A stretch of 63,734 nt of DNA, taken from NCBI GenBank assembly GCA_022508745.1, contig JAFLUP010000002.1, positions 1 to 63,734 of the forward strand, given 5' to 3'. The notes under the pieces were generated by a model. It saw only the letters and a program-made list of their open reading frames with translations. It was not told where the DNA came from and ran no database searches. Both the position numbers and the translations under genes were made by a program. This stretch comes from Oscillospiraceae bacterium. Its GTDB lineage: Bacteria > Bacillota > Clostridia > Oscillospirales > CAG-382. This document shows, one piece after another, positions 12,515-22,614 of this stretch; position 1 is the first letter of the stretch; the number at the start of each line of letters is the position of its first letter.

Positions 12515-13318
12515 TTATCCGTCTGTTTCCGGGGAGACAGTTTTTTGTTTCTCTGCTTGCTTGGCTTGTTTTTTTGCTTCCTTCTCGGCTTTTTTTGCCT
12601 CTTTTTTCGCTTCTTTTTCGGCCTTTTTGGCTTCCTTCTTGGCCTTCTTTTCTTCCTTTTTCGCCTTTGCTCCCGCCAGATATGCCTTCAGCAGGGAGAG
12701 GGCGCGGATGAGGGAGCGGGTGGAGCACAGAGCGATCCAGTAGATCCGCCAGATCCGTATGGAAATGCAGAACTCCGCGTCTACTTCCGGTTTTTCCGCC
12801 AGAAAATCACATTCTACGCCCACATTCACCCGGTCTTTCCGTACCCGGTGCGCCTGTGTGGCGAGGGAATAGAGGGGTTCCACCAGCGTGCATACCGCGC
12901 CGTATTCCATTGCGGTGGTGGCGGCGTCCCCCGAGGCGACCAGCACCCGCAGGCGCAGCTCCTCGATCTTCAGGTGCCGCTTGAAGCCGCGCACCAACCC
13001 CAGCAACAGGTCGCGGAAGGAGGCGATCACGGCGGTCAGCGGCGGCTGTTCCTTGACTTTTCCCGGCTTCTTCGGCTTTTTTTCTTTCTTTTTCTTCTTT
13101 TTGGGCTTCTTTTTCTTACCCTCGGTTGCCGGCTTTTCCTCTTTGGGCTTTTCCTTTTTCGGACCGCCCAGCAGCTTCAGCTTGATGGGTCCGATACCTA
13201 TGATCAGCAGCGGGCTGTCGCAGTACGCGGCGCGCACGGAGAGCTTGAGGGTGCCCGCCAGACACAGGATGAACAGCAGAAAGCCGAGGATGCCCAGCAG
13301 AATATACAGAGCGATCAT
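12515..13318 (-). CDS. DUF2953-like (YtfI-like) membrane protein with Lys-rich low-complexity segments
   Basis: N-terminal TM helix. Located directly upstream of ytfJ. Its ATG overlaps the scpB stop (ATGA). Confidence 0.65.
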   Translation of the reverse strand: MIALYILLGILGFLLFILCLAGTLKLSVRAAYCDSPLLIIGIGPIKLKLLGGPKKEKPKEEKPATEGKKKKPKKKKKKEKKPKKPGKVKEQPPLTAVIASFRDLLLGLVRGFKRHLKIEELRLRVLVASGDAATTAMEYGAVCTLVEPLYSLATQAHRVRKDRVNVGVECDFLAEKPEVDAEFCISIRIWRIYWIALCSTRSLIRALSLLKAYLAGAKAKKEEKKAKKEAKKAEKEAKKEAKKAEKEAKKQAKQAEKQKTVSPETDG

Positions 13319-13962
13319 ACCGGTTCTTCTTCCGCGGTTCCCGCCTGCGGGGGTTCCGCTGCCGTTTCCTGCGGGGGCTGATCATCCTGGAAGGACAGCT
13401 GATCCGCCGGGATGCTCGTGCCTCCCGCCAGCTCCGCAGGAAGGATGGTTTCCGGCAGGTCTTGCAGGGAATCCAGCCCGAAACAGCGAAGAAAGGCTTC
13501 CGTGGTACCGAACAGGGTCGGGCGCCCGGGAGCGTCCAGCACGCCCCGTTCCGCGATCAGCCCCTTGTCGCACAGGGAGGAAACGATGGAGGAGCTGTCT
13601 ACCCCTCGCACCATCTCGATAAAGGAGCGGGTGACCGGCTGGTTATAGGCGACGATGGCCAGAACCTCCAGCGCCGCTTTGGAAAGCGGAGGAGACTTGC
13701 GCAGTTCCAGCGCTTTTTTGACGGTTTCCGCCACGAAAGGCTTGGTGCAGAGCTGGTACGCCGTTTCCACACGGATGAGCTGGATGCCCCGCTCGCCCGC
13801 GTCCAGCGCTTCCCGCAGCTTGTCCGCCGTGTGTGTCAGCTCCTCCGCCGTCAGCCCCAGCAGTTCCCGCAGACGTTCGCTTTCCACGGGTCCGCCGCAG
13901 GCGAACAGCACCGCTTCCAATGTCGCAAGGGTTTCATTGGGGATATGTATGGTGCCGGACAT
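13315..13962 (-). CDS. scpB: Segregation and condensation protein B
   Basis: LEAVLFACGGPV... winged-helix ScpB pattern. Follows scpA. Confidence 0.92.
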   Translation of the reverse strand: MSGTIHIPNETLATLEAVLFACGGPVESERLRELLGLTAEELTHTADKLREALDAGERGIQLIRVETAYQLCTKPFVAETVKKALELRKSPPLSKAALEVLAIVAYNQPVTRSFIEMVRGVDSSSIVSSLCDKGLIAERGVLDAPGRPTLFGTTEAFLRCFGLDSLQDLPETILPAELAGGTSIPADQLSFQDDQPPQETAAEPPQAGTAEEEPV

Positions 13963-13983
13963 GACATTCGCCGTCCTTTCTTC

Positions 13984-14736
13984 TTAAAATTCCGCTTCCA
14001 ATGCCTCGTTCCCGTCGCCTGCCGCGTCGCTCGCGGCGCTGGAGAGCCAGATCAGTTCCCCTTCGCCGCGTACCACATCCACCTGCCCGAAGCGCACCGC
14101 TTCCAGCACGGAAAGGAAGATGGCGACGATCTCCCCGCGGGAGTGAACGTCGGAAAACAGGCTGTCGAAGGTGACCCGTGGGAAGCGGGCGAGGGTCTGA
14201 TGGAGCCATTCCATCTTTTCTTCGACGGTATAATACCGCTCCTCCTTTAAATCACGGAAGAGCTTGACTTCGGTCTTTTGCAGTTTTTCCAATGCCAGCC
14301 GTTCCGCGATGCGGGCGAAGGCTTCCGTCAGCAGCGCGGCGGCGTGTTCCCGGTGATAGGTCGGGTCGGTGATCTCGTCGGCAGGCTTGGGGAAGCGGTC
14401 GTAAAACTGCGCGGAACGCTCCTGCAGGAACGCGGCGACCTGTTGGGCGCGGCGATGCTCCAAAAGCGCATCTACCAGCGGTTTCCGGGGATCCTCCTCC
14501 CCTTCCTTCTGGGGCAGGAGCATCCGGCTTTTGATGAGCATCAGCTCCGCCGCCATCACCAGGAATTCCCCGGCGATCTCCATATCCATCTTCTGCATGG
14601 CGTCCAGATAAGCGTTGTACTGCTCCGCGATCTGGGCGATGGGGATATCGAAAATATCCAGTTTGTGTTTGGTGATCAGAGCCAGCAGCAGGTCCAGTGG
14701 ACCTTCGTACTGCTCAATTTTCAACTGTAATTCCAT
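13984..14736 (-). CDS. scpA: Segregation and condensation protein A
   Basis: Start moved to ATG 14736 (MELQLKIEQYEGPLDLLLALI), 1 nt after the upstream gene's stop. Confidence 0.92.
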   Translation of the reverse strand: MELQLKIEQYEGPLDLLLALITKHKLDIFDIPIAQIAEQYNAYLDAMQKMDMEIAGEFLVMAAELMLIKSRMLLPQKEGEEDPRKPLVDALLEHRRAQQVAAFLQERSAQFYDRFPKPADEITDPTYHREHAAALLTEAFARIAERLALEKLQKTEVKLFRDLKEERYYTVEEKMEWLHQTLARFPRVTFDSLFSDVHSRGEIVAIFLSVLEAVRFGQVDVVRGEGELIWLSSAASDAAGDGNEALEAEF

Positions 14737-14737
14737 T

Positions 14738-15469
14738 TTATATCCATCCGAACAGCAGATCGCCGAGACTGAGGATGCCGGAAACGATGGTGCCCCGCAG
14801 CCAATTAAAGGGGTACCATATGGTGTCATAGAGGGTGTTGCTGAACCAAGAGATCGCAATGAGCCCGAGGAAGATATATTGCGTATACCGCCGCACTTGC
14901 AGGTACCTCGCCGCCGTGTTGGGAGGCAGGAAGGACACCAGAATATTGGAGCCGTCCAGCGGGGGCAGTGGGATGAGGTTGAATAACGCCAGACCGACGT
15001 TCAGGAGCATGAAGATCTCCAGCATGATGCTGATGACGTTGGGCGCGTTGACCCGTAATCCGGCTCCCGGCAGCAGGAAGGGGAAAATACCGAATGACAT
15101 CAGCAGCCGCAGAAGCAGCCCTGCGAACAGTGCCAGCAGCAGGTTTGTGGCGGGACCGGCAAAGGAGACCAGTGCCATATCCCGGCGAGGCTTGCGGAGC
15201 CTGCGGGGGTTGACCGGCACCGGTTTTGCCCAGCCGAACCCCACCACCAGCATCATCAGAAAGCCCACCGGATCCAGATGCGCCATGGGGTTGAGGGTCA
15301 GCCTGCCCAGCTGCTTTGCCGTGGGATCCCCCAGCCAGCTTGCCACCAGCCCGTGTGCCACCTCGTGGCAGATTAGCGCCAGCAGGATGCAGATCAGATA
15401 GAGGAACAGCATGGCCATGCCGAGTCTCATATCGTCTTTTCCGTAGACGTTCAGAATGTTGACAAGCAT
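14738..15469 (-). CDS. Site-2 protease family (M50) membrane metalloprotease
   Basis: HEVAHG zinc motif inside a TM helix. Polytopic. Confidence 0.85.
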   Translation of the reverse strand: MLVNILNVYGKDDMRLGMAMLFLYLICILLALICHEVAHGLVASWLGDPTAKQLGRLTLNPMAHLDPVGFLMMLVVGFGWAKPVPVNPRRLRKPRRDMALVSFAGPATNLLLALFAGLLLRLLMSFGIFPFLLPGAGLRVNAPNVISIMLEIFMLLNVGLALFNLIPLPPLDGSNILVSFLPPNTAARYLQVRRYTQYIFLGLIAISWFSNTLYDTIWYPFNWLRGTIVSGILSLGDLLFGWI

Positions 15470-15496
15470 CTCGCTTTTCCCTTTCCTTTTGCGGTG

Positions 15497-17158
15497 TTAC
15501 TTGACGCGGATCATGGATTCCTTCCAGTAAGCGGGAGGTTCCAGACCCATCATGGTCGCGACGGTGGCGGCGATGTTCGCCAGACCGTATTTGCCCTCGA
15601 CGCACTCGTAGTTGTCGCGGTAGAAATTGTCATAGATATAGCAGGGCACCGGGTTGAGGGTGTGGCTGGTCTTGGCCTTCGGCACCCCGTCGGAGGAATA
15701 CTTGGGTTCTCCGGTTTTCTTGTCGATCTCGTACATCTCGTCCGCGTTGCCGTGGTCTGCCGTGATGATGGCGATACCGCCCACCTCGTCCACCACCTTG
15801 AGGATGCGGGCGAGGCAGAGATCCAGCGCTTCCATGGAGATGCGGGTTGCCACGAAGGAGCCGGTATGCCCCACCATGTCCCCGTTGGGGAAGTTGACTC
15901 GCAGATAGCCGAATTCGCCGGAACGCAGCTTCTCGATGAGCACGTCGGTGATCTCCGCGCACTTCATCCAGGGGCGCTGCTCAAACGGAACGATGTCCGA
16001 GGGGATCTCGATATATTCTTCCAGTTCTTCGGAGAATTTGCCGGAACGGTTGCCGTTCCAGAAATAGGTGACGTGCCCGAACTTCTGGGTTTCGGAGAGG
16101 GCGAGCTGCTTGACCCCGTGTTGGACAAGGAATTCGCCCATGGTGCCGGTGATCTCCGGCGGGGAAACCAGATAACGGGAGGGAATGTGGGCGTCGCCGT
16201 CGTATTCCACCATGCCGGCGTACAGCACATCCGGCACGCGGACGCGGTCGAAGCGGTCAAAGTCCTTGCCGCCCTCGAAGGCGCGGGAGATCTCGATGGA
16301 GCGGTCGCCCCGGAAGTTGAAGAAGATCACGGCGTCGCCGTCCTCCACGGTGCCTACCGGTTTGCCGTCTTTGGCGATGACGAAGGGGGGCAGATCCTGG
16401 TCGATGGCAGAGGTTTCCGCACGCAAGGTCTGGATGGCTTCCGTGGCGGAAGCGAAGGTGCGTCCCTCTCCGAGGACATGGGTGTGCCAGCCCTTTTCCA
16501 CCATGCCCCAGTTGGCTTCGTAGCGGTCCATGGTGATCTGCATCCTGCCGCCGCCGGAGGCGATGCACACGTCAAATGTGCCGTCCCGCAGTCCGGCAAG
16601 GAATTCTTCAAAGGGGGTGACATATTCCAGCGCGGAGGTTTCCCCGACGTCCCGTCCGTCCAGCAGGATATGGATGCGAACCCGGGAGACGCCCTCCGCC
16701 TTTGCCTGCTTTACCATGGCGCGGAGGTGTTCCACGTGGGAATGGACGTTGCCGTCGGAGAACAGGCCGAGGAAGTGCAGCGTGCCCTTCGTTTCCTTTA
16801 CGCGGGCGGTGAGCGCCTTCCATGCGTCGGATTGGTAGATTCTGCCGCTTTCGATGGCGCTGTTTACCAGTTTTGCACCCTGCGCAAAGACCTGCCCTGC
16901 GCCCAGCGCGTTATGACCGACTTCGGAGTTGCCCATGTCGTCGTCCGAAGGCAGACCCACGGCGGTCCCGTGGGCTTGCAGCAAGAAGCGGGGATAGCTG
17001 GTCTCCAGCAGATCCAGCGTGGGAGTGTATGCGGCGCGCACCGCGTTGCCCGCCGTGCGTTCCGTGTAGCCGACGCCGTCCATGACGATGGTCAGGATCG
17101 GGCGGTTCTGTCCGTCAAAAATAGAACGGTTTTCTGTGTTTTGTGCTTGTGTTGCCAT
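15497..17158 (-). CDS. gpmI: 2,3-bisphosphoglycerate-independent phosphoglycerate mutase
   Basis: Motifs FSDGNVHSH and ITADHGNADEM. Confidence 0.95.
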   Translation of the reverse strand: MATQAQNTENRSIFDGQNRPILTIVMDGVGYTERTAGNAVRAAYTPTLDLLETSYPRFLLQAHGTAVGLPSDDDMGNSEVGHNALGAGQVFAQGAKLVNSAIESGRIYQSDAWKALTARVKETKGTLHFLGLFSDGNVHSHVEHLRAMVKQAKAEGVSRVRIHILLDGRDVGETSALEYVTPFEEFLAGLRDGTFDVCIASGGGRMQITMDRYEANWGMVEKGWHTHVLGEGRTFASATEAIQTLRAETSAIDQDLPPFVIAKDGKPVGTVEDGDAVIFFNFRGDRSIEISRAFEGGKDFDRFDRVRVPDVLYAGMVEYDGDAHIPSRYLVSPPEITGTMGEFLVQHGVKQLALSETQKFGHVTYFWNGNRSGKFSEELEEYIEIPSDIVPFEQRPWMKCAEITDVLIEKLRSGEFGYLRVNFPNGDMVGHTGSFVATRISMEALDLCLARILKVVDEVGGIAIITADHGNADEMYEIDKKTGEPKYSSDGVPKAKTSHTLNPVPCYIYDNFYRDNYECVEGKYGLANIAATVATMMGLEPPAYWKESMIRVK

Positions 17159-17286
17159 GAATGATTACCTGTGCTTCCTTTGTGATAAATCTATACAGAT
17201 GATAGTATACCACAAACGGCTCCCGCTTGTCAAACCTTTTTTCCTTTTATTTTGAAGAAATGAGAGAAACGGAAAGCCTTTTTTGA

Positions 17287-17315
17287 TTGACAATCCGAAA
17301 AAAATATGGTATAGT
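17287..17315 (+). promoter_or_regulatory. Sigma-A-type promoter of nusB-xseA
   Basis: TTGACA (17287-17292), 17 bp spacer, TGgTATAGT (-10 at 17310-17315). Confidence 0.7.
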
Positions 17316-17351
17316 AAACTGAATGAATGGGACGAAAGGTATGACCAAGGC

Positions 17352-17759
17352 ATGGCAATCACGAGACGGGAATCCAGAGAGCAGGCGGTGTGCTGCCTGT
17401 ATGAATATGAGGTGCAGCCGGAAAAGACGGTGGCGGAGATCGCGGAGGCTGCCGCCGAGCAGCGGGGGCAGGAGATGAGTCCCTTCGCCCGGCTGATCGC
17501 GGAAACGACGGTGCGGAATCTGGCGGAGATTGACGAAAAGATCGCCGTTTCTTCGGACAATTGGCGCTTTGGGCGGATCGGGAAGGTGTCCCTCGCCATT
17601 CTGCGTCTCGCCGTGTGCGAGCTGTGCTTCCTGCCGGAGCCCACGCCGGAGGAGATCGCCGTCAATGAGGCGCTGGAGCTTGCCCGGCTGTTGGACACGG
17701 ACAAAGCCATCCCGTACATCAACGGGGTTCTGGCAAAGGTCATCAAGGACAGAACATAA
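17352..17759 (+). CDS. nusB: Transcription antitermination factor NusB
   Basis: Start at the first ATG downstream of the predicted promoter. RESREQAV...YE and later LAILRLAVCEL helices are typical of NusB. Confidence 0.88.
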   Translation: MAITRRESREQAVCCLYEYEVQPEKTVAEIAEAAAEQRGQEMSPFARLIAETTVRNLAEIDEKIAVSSDNWRFGRIGKVSLAILRLAVCELCFLPEPTPEEIAVNEALELARLLDTDKAIPYINGVLAKVIKDRT

Positions 17760-17790
17760 CCATTTTTCCCAAAGGAAGGGTCTATCAACC

Positions 17791-18975
17791 ATGCAGACGC
17801 TGACGGTGGAACAGCTGAATACCTACATCCGGGATTACCTCGCGGGTGCGCCTCTGCTTGCGCAGGTGGCGGTACGGGGGGAGCTTTCCAACGTGCGGGT
17901 GTACGGCGGGAGCGGGCACATTTACTTTACGTTAAAGGACGAGAAGTCCGCCATTCCCGCCACCATGTTCGGCGGCGCGGGAAAACTGGAGTTCCGCCCG
18001 GAAAACGGCATGAAGGTGCTGTGCGTAGGGCGTGTCTCCGTCTTTGTGCGGGACGGGCAGTATCGGTTTTACGCGGAAAGCATCGAGCCGGACGGCATCG
18101 GTTCGCTGGCGGCGGCGTTTGAACAGCTCAAGCGCAAGCTGGAAGCGGAGGGGCTGTTTGACCCCGCCCATAAGAAGCGCATCCCGAAGATCCCCTTCCG
18201 GGTGGGCGTCATCACCGCGGAAAACGGCGCGGCGGTGCGGGACATCATCAACGTGACCCAGCGGCGCTTCCCGCCGGCGCAGATTCTGCTGGCTCCGGCG
18301 ACGGTGCAGGGACCCACGGCGCCTGCCGAGCTGATCCGGGCGCTGCATCTGCTGGACGACGGGCGCTGCGATGTGATCCTGATCGGGCGGGGCGGCGGTT
18401 CCATGGAGGACCTCTGGTGCTTCAACGACGAACAGTTGGCGCGGGAGATCTTCGCCTGCCGGACGCCCATCATTTCCGCCGTGGGGCATGAAACGGATTT
18501 CACCATTTGCGATTTCGTCGCTGATCTGCGGGCGCCAACGCCCTCTGCCGCCGCGGAGCTGGCGGTGCCGGACGTGCGGGAATTGCTTCGCAAATTTGAC
18601 AACCTGCAAAACCGTCTCACCGGTCTGGTGGGCACGCGGCTGCAGCTTCTTTCCCAGCAGTTGCAGGCGCTGGCGTCCCGTCCGGTCCTCGCGTCGCCGC
18701 AGGCATATCTGGACGACAAGCGGATGGGACTCGCCCAGACGGAGGAGCGTCTCCACCGGGCGGTGGAGCTGTTTCTGGAACGCCGGGAGCAACGGCTGCA
18801 CGTTCTGGAGGAAAAGATCCGCACCCTCAACCCGCTGGCGGTGCTGGAACGGGGCTACGCCGTGGTGTACGACGAAGCGGGAGGCATTTTGCGGGACGCG
18901 TCCGCGCTGGCGCCGGGGGATCGGTTCACTGTCCGTCTGGCGGAAGGCAGCATGACCGGGCGTAAGGAATCATAG
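17791..18975 (+). CDS. xseA: Exodeoxyribonuclease VII large subunit
   Basis: Start MQTLTVEQLNTYI after AAGGAAGGG. OB-fold N-terminus. GRGGGSMEDLWCFNDE motif. Confidence 0.93.
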   Translation: MQTLTVEQLNTYIRDYLAGAPLLAQVAVRGELSNVRVYGGSGHIYFTLKDEKSAIPATMFGGAGKLEFRPENGMKVLCVGRVSVFVRDGQYRFYAESIEPDGIGSLAAAFEQLKRKLEAEGLFDPAHKKRIPKIPFRVGVITAENGAAVRDIINVTQRRFPPAQILLAPATVQGPTAPAELIRALHLLDDGRCDVILIGRGGGSMEDLWCFNDEQLAREIFACRTPIISAVGHETDFTICDFVADLRAPTPSAAAELAVPDVRELLRKFDNLQNRLTGLVGTRLQLLSQQLQALASRPVLASPQAYLDDKRMGLAQTEERLHRAVELFLERREQRLHVLEEKIRTLNPLAVLERGYAVVYDEAGGILRDASALAPGDRFTVRLAEGSMTGRKES

Positions 18976-18996
18976 GTTTTAAGGAGAACATAGAGT

Positions 18997-19887
18997 ATGG
19001 CAAACATTCTGCGGGGAATGACGGCGGACGGCTCGGCACGGGTCGTTGCCATCGACGGGCGGTCCATCGTGAACCGTGCCATCGAAATCCATCACACCAT
19101 GCCCACCGCCACTGCGGCGCTGGGGCGCGTGCTGATGGGGGCTTCCCTGATGGGCAGTCTGCTGGGGGAACCGGACGATCTGCTGACCCTGCGTTTTCAA
19201 GGAAACGGGGGCGGCGGCACCATCCTCGCTTCCAGCGATTATATGGGCAACGTGCGGGGGCTGATCGGGGATCCGTCCTGCGATTACCCGCTGCGGAAAA
19301 CGGACGGCAAGCTGGACGTGGCGAGATGCGTCGGGCAGGGGCAGCTTTCGGTGCTGCGCAGCACCGGCAGCGGAGAACCCTTCCGGGGGGTCGCGGAGAT
19401 CCAATCCGGTGAGATCGCGGAGGATATCGCGTATTACTTCGCCGCCAGCGAGCAGGTCCCCACGCTGTGCGCGCTGGGGGTTCTGGTAGATACCGACGGA
19501 AGCTGCAAGGCGGCTGGAGGCATCCTGATCCAGTTATTGCCCTTTGCGGATCCGGAGATCGCGGAAAAACTGGAAGCGAACGCGAAAAAGCAAAAGCCCG
19601 TCACCTCCGTTCTGGAGGCCGGCAGGCTGGAGGATCTGCTGGAAGGCTATCTGGAGGGCATCCCCTTCGACCTGTTCGACGGGTTCGCATGTGACTACCG
19701 CTGCGATTGCTCGCGGTACCGCACCGATCGTGCGCTGATCTCCCTCGGGAGCAAGCAGCTGCGGGAATTGATCGACGATCCGCAGGAGGATACCACCCTC
19801 TCCTGCGAGTTCTGCGGCTCCGCATACAGCTATACGAAGGACGATCTGCGCGCACTGCTTGCGGAAGCCGAGAGGAAAAAGCCGTGA
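18997..19887 (+). CDS. hslO: Redox-regulated chaperone Hsp33
   Basis: C-terminal zinc centre CDCS...CEFCGS. Confidence 0.93.
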   Translation: MANILRGMTADGSARVVAIDGRSIVNRAIEIHHTMPTATAALGRVLMGASLMGSLLGEPDDLLTLRFQGNGGGGTILASSDYMGNVRGLIGDPSCDYPLRKTDGKLDVARCVGQGQLSVLRSTGSGEPFRGVAEIQSGEIAEDIAYYFAASEQVPTLCALGVLVDTDGSCKAAGGILIQLLPFADPEIAEKLEANAKKQKPVTSVLEAGRLEDLLEGYLEGIPFDLFDGFACDYRCDCSRYRTDRALISLGSKQLRELIDDPQEDTTLSCEFCGSAYSYTKDDLRALLAEAERKKP

Positions 19888-20591
19888 GGACGGTACTCAT
19901 CACCGGCGCGTCCGGCGGCATCGGCGCGGCTGCGGCGAGGGCGTTTTCCCGGGCGGGATGGCGGGTGGTGCTGCATTATTGCAGCAATCAGGCCGCCGCG
20001 GAAGCGCTGGCGCAGGAATTGCCGGATGCGGTCCCTTTTCGGGCGGATCTGCGGGACCGGGAGCAGGTGCGGGCGCTTGCGGAAGCGTTCCCGGAAACGG
20101 ACGTGCTGATCAACAATGCCGCCATGGATCTGTTCGCCTTGTTCGATCTGGTCACGGAGGAGCAGGCACGGGAACTTTACGAGATCAACTTGCTCGCCCC
20201 GCTGACCCTTTCCCGTTTGCTGCTGAAAGGGATGCTTTCCCGCGGGAAAGGCTGCATCCTGAACGTCTCCTCGGTGTTTGGTGAGACGGGAGGGAGCTGC
20301 GAAGTGGATTATTCCGTCTCCAAAGCGGCGCTCATCGGCTTCACCCGGGCGCTGGCGAAGGAGGTAGGTCCCGCGGGGGTGCGGGTCAACTGCGTCTGTC
20401 CGGGGGTGATCCGAACCCCCATGAACGACCGCCTGACCGCGGAGGAAGCGGAGGATCTGGCGGATTCCATTCCGCTGGAACGCTTCGGCACGCCGGAGGA
20501 AGTGGCGTCCGCGCTGCTATTCCTCGCATCGGAGGAGGCGTCCTACATCACGGGCGCCGTGCTGGATGTGAACGGCGGAATTTCTATCTGA
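19884..20591 (+). CDS. Short-chain dehydrogenase/reductase (FabG-like)
   Basis: GTG 19884 overlaps the hslO stop (GTGA). TGASGGIG and YSVSKAA motifs. Confidence 0.85.
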   Translation: MRTVLITGASGGIGAAAARAFSRAGWRVVLHYCSNQAAAEALAQELPDAVPFRADLRDREQVRALAEAFPETDVLINNAAMDLFALFDLVTEEQARELYEINLLAPLTLSRLLLKGMLSRGKGCILNVSSVFGETGGSCEVDYSVSKAALIGFTRALAKEVGPAGVRVNCVCPGVIRTPMNDRLTAEEAEDLADSIPLERFGTPEEVASALLFLASEEASYITGAVLDVNGGISI

Positions 20592-20612
20592 TTGAATAGA
20601 GGAGATGCTCTT

Positions 20613-21719
20613 ATGAAAAAACTTGGTTTTGGTCTGATGCGGTTGCCCACCTTCCCGGAAGGGAACGCAAGCGGCGCAAAAGCGGGAGAAATTGATATCG
20701 AACACGTGAAGCAGATGGTGGACGCGTTTCTGGCGGAGGGCTTTACCTATTTCGATACCGCGTGGATGTATCACAACTTCTGCAGTGAAAACGCCGTGAA
20801 GGAGGCGCTGGTGGACCGCCATCCGCGGGAGAGCTATACCCTCGCGGATAAGCTGCATGCCGCGTACCTGAAGAGCAAGGACGACCGGGACGCGATCTTC
20901 AACGAGCAGCTGCGCAAAACGGGTGTGGACTATTTCGATTATTATATGCTGCACGATATGCGGGTGGCACACGAGAAGATCTACAACGATCTGGATTGCT
21001 TTGCGTGGATCCGCGACAAGAAGGAAAAAGGGCTGGTGAAGGAGATCGGCTTCTCCTTCCATGACAACGCCGCGTTTCTGGACAAGGTGCTGACGGAGCA
21101 TCCGGAGATGGATTTCGTGCAGTTGCAGATCAACTATCTGGATTGGGAAAGCGACGCGGTACAATCCCGGCTTTGCTACGAAGTGGCGCGCAAGCACGGC
21201 AAGCCCATCGTGGTCATGGAGCCGGTCAAGGGCGGCACGCTGGCGAACCTGCCGGCGGGGGCTTCCCGTTTGCTGAAGCAGGCGCATCCGGAGCTTTCGG
21301 AGGCGTCCTGGGCGGTTCGCTTCGCCGCGGGGCTGCCCGGCGTTCGCGTGGTGCTTTCCGGCATGAGCAGCGACGCGCAGATGAAGGATAACCTTTCCCA
21401 TATGAAGGAATTTACGCCGTTGACCGATGCGGAGCGGCAGTTGCTCCGGCGGGTGGCGGACTGGGTGCGTTCGGGGATCGCCGTCCCCTGCACCGGCTGT
21501 TCCTACTGTACCACCGGCTGTCCGGTTTCTATTTCCATTCCGGACTATTTCGCGCTGTACAACCGGGGAGATGCGGCGCAGCGGGAGGAATACCTCGCGC
21601 TGAACGCCAAGGGAGGCGCGCCTGCGGATTGCATCGGCTGCGGCGCTTGCGAAGCGGTCTGCCCGCAGGAACTTCCCATCCGCGAGGAGCTGCAAGCGGT
21701 GGCAAAACGGTTTGCGTGA
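20613..21719 (+). CDS. Aldo/keto reductase fused to a 2x[4Fe-4S] ferredoxin-like C-terminus
   Basis: Start MKKLGFGLMRLP after GAGGAG. CTGCSYCTTGCP and CIGCGACEAVCP. Confidence 0.85.
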   Translation: MKKLGFGLMRLPTFPEGNASGAKAGEIDIEHVKQMVDAFLAEGFTYFDTAWMYHNFCSENAVKEALVDRHPRESYTLADKLHAAYLKSKDDRDAIFNEQLRKTGVDYFDYYMLHDMRVAHEKIYNDLDCFAWIRDKKEKGLVKEIGFSFHDNAAFLDKVLTEHPEMDFVQLQINYLDWESDAVQSRLCYEVARKHGKPIVVMEPVKGGTLANLPAGASRLLKQAHPELSEASWAVRFAAGLPGVRVVLSGMSSDAQMKDNLSHMKEFTPLTDAERQLLRRVADWVRSGIAVPCTGCSYCTTGCPVSISIPDYFALYNRGDAAQREEYLALNAKGGAPADCIGCGACEAVCPQELPIREELQAVAKRFA

Positions 21720-21933
21720 TCGGTCGCTGCAACGCTCCGGAGGTGCTTCTTCGGCGACGGAACCGACTTATTTTGAAAATTCGTCAAAAAAACCAAAAAA
21801 TTACCCAAAAATTTTCTGAAAATTGGGTAGCAAAATGGGGAGTAATGTGTTATAATGTTGCTGACGAAAGATAATTGCGCAGAATCATGTCAAATTTTCG
21901 GTTTCAAATAATAAAAATAAGGAGGAACCAATC

Positions 21934-22533
21934 ATGCCGAGAACCAAAATTGACAGACGGATCGTAAAAACCAAGCGCGCCATCAACGGAGCGCTGCTGC
22001 AACTGCTGGATGCCAAGGAGCCGGAGGATATCACCATTACGGAGTTGACCACCTATGCGGATATCAATCGGAAAACCTTTTACTTACATTATACTTGTAT
22101 CAAGGATGTAGCCGTGGAGCTTCAAAAGAAGCTGCGTACCGGCTTTTCCGATCTGGTGGACGAGGCATGTGTCTCCGACGGGCACTTCTCTCCGACCACC
22201 TTCCTTTCCCTGCTGCGGGATAAAATCAGCGCCAACCCCGAATTCTTCCGCGCTTTCTGCCTGAAGGGGACCTGCGATTACTTCGCACGGACCATCGGCG
22301 ACAGCGCCATCGAGAAGCTGCTTTCCGTTTACCGCACGTCCGACCTGAAGAACAGCGCGGCTCTGCGCCTCTCGGTGATGGGCATGGCGGCAGGCGTCAT
22401 GCAGATCTATCTGGATTGGGCGCGGTATCCCTCTAATCTGACGCTGGACGAGGTCACCGCCATCGCCTCCCGCTTTGCGGAGCAGGCAGCGGAGCTGATC
22501 GTCCGCGAGGGGCAAGCAAACGAAGAAGCATAA
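21934..22533 (+). CDS. TetR/AcrR family transcriptional regulator
   Basis: N-terminal HTH ITITELTTYADINRKTFYLHY. RBS AAGGAGGA. Confidence 0.85.
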   Translation: MPRTKIDRRIVKTKRAINGALLQLLDAKEPEDITITELTTYADINRKTFYLHYTCIKDVAVELQKKLRTGFSDLVDEACVSDGHFSPTTFLSLLRDKISANPEFFRAFCLKGTCDYFARTIGDSAIEKLLSVYRTSDLKNSAALRLSVMGMAAGVMQIYLDWARYPSNLTLDEVTAIASRFAEQAAELIVREGQANEEA

Positions 22534-22565
22534 CATACTCCGCCCACACAGAGGGCGCGCTTGCG

Positions 22566-22614
22566 AGCAAAAAGGAACGTGAAACAGAGTTCGCAAGCAA
22601 AAAGGAACGTGAAA
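22566..22614 (+). repeat. Direct duplication (period 30 nt) of the RBS-containing 19-mer AGCAAAAAGGAACGTGAAA
   Basis: Identical copies at 22566-22584 and 22596-22614. Only the second is followed by an ATG (22617). Confidence 0.9.

Noticed and set aside
18976-18996. Missing xseB (small subunit) after xseA.
   Set aside because: Only 21 nt separate xseA from hslO, and no small ORF fits. Absence from this window says nothing, because xseB can be encoded elsewhere. This is not evidence of anything unusual.
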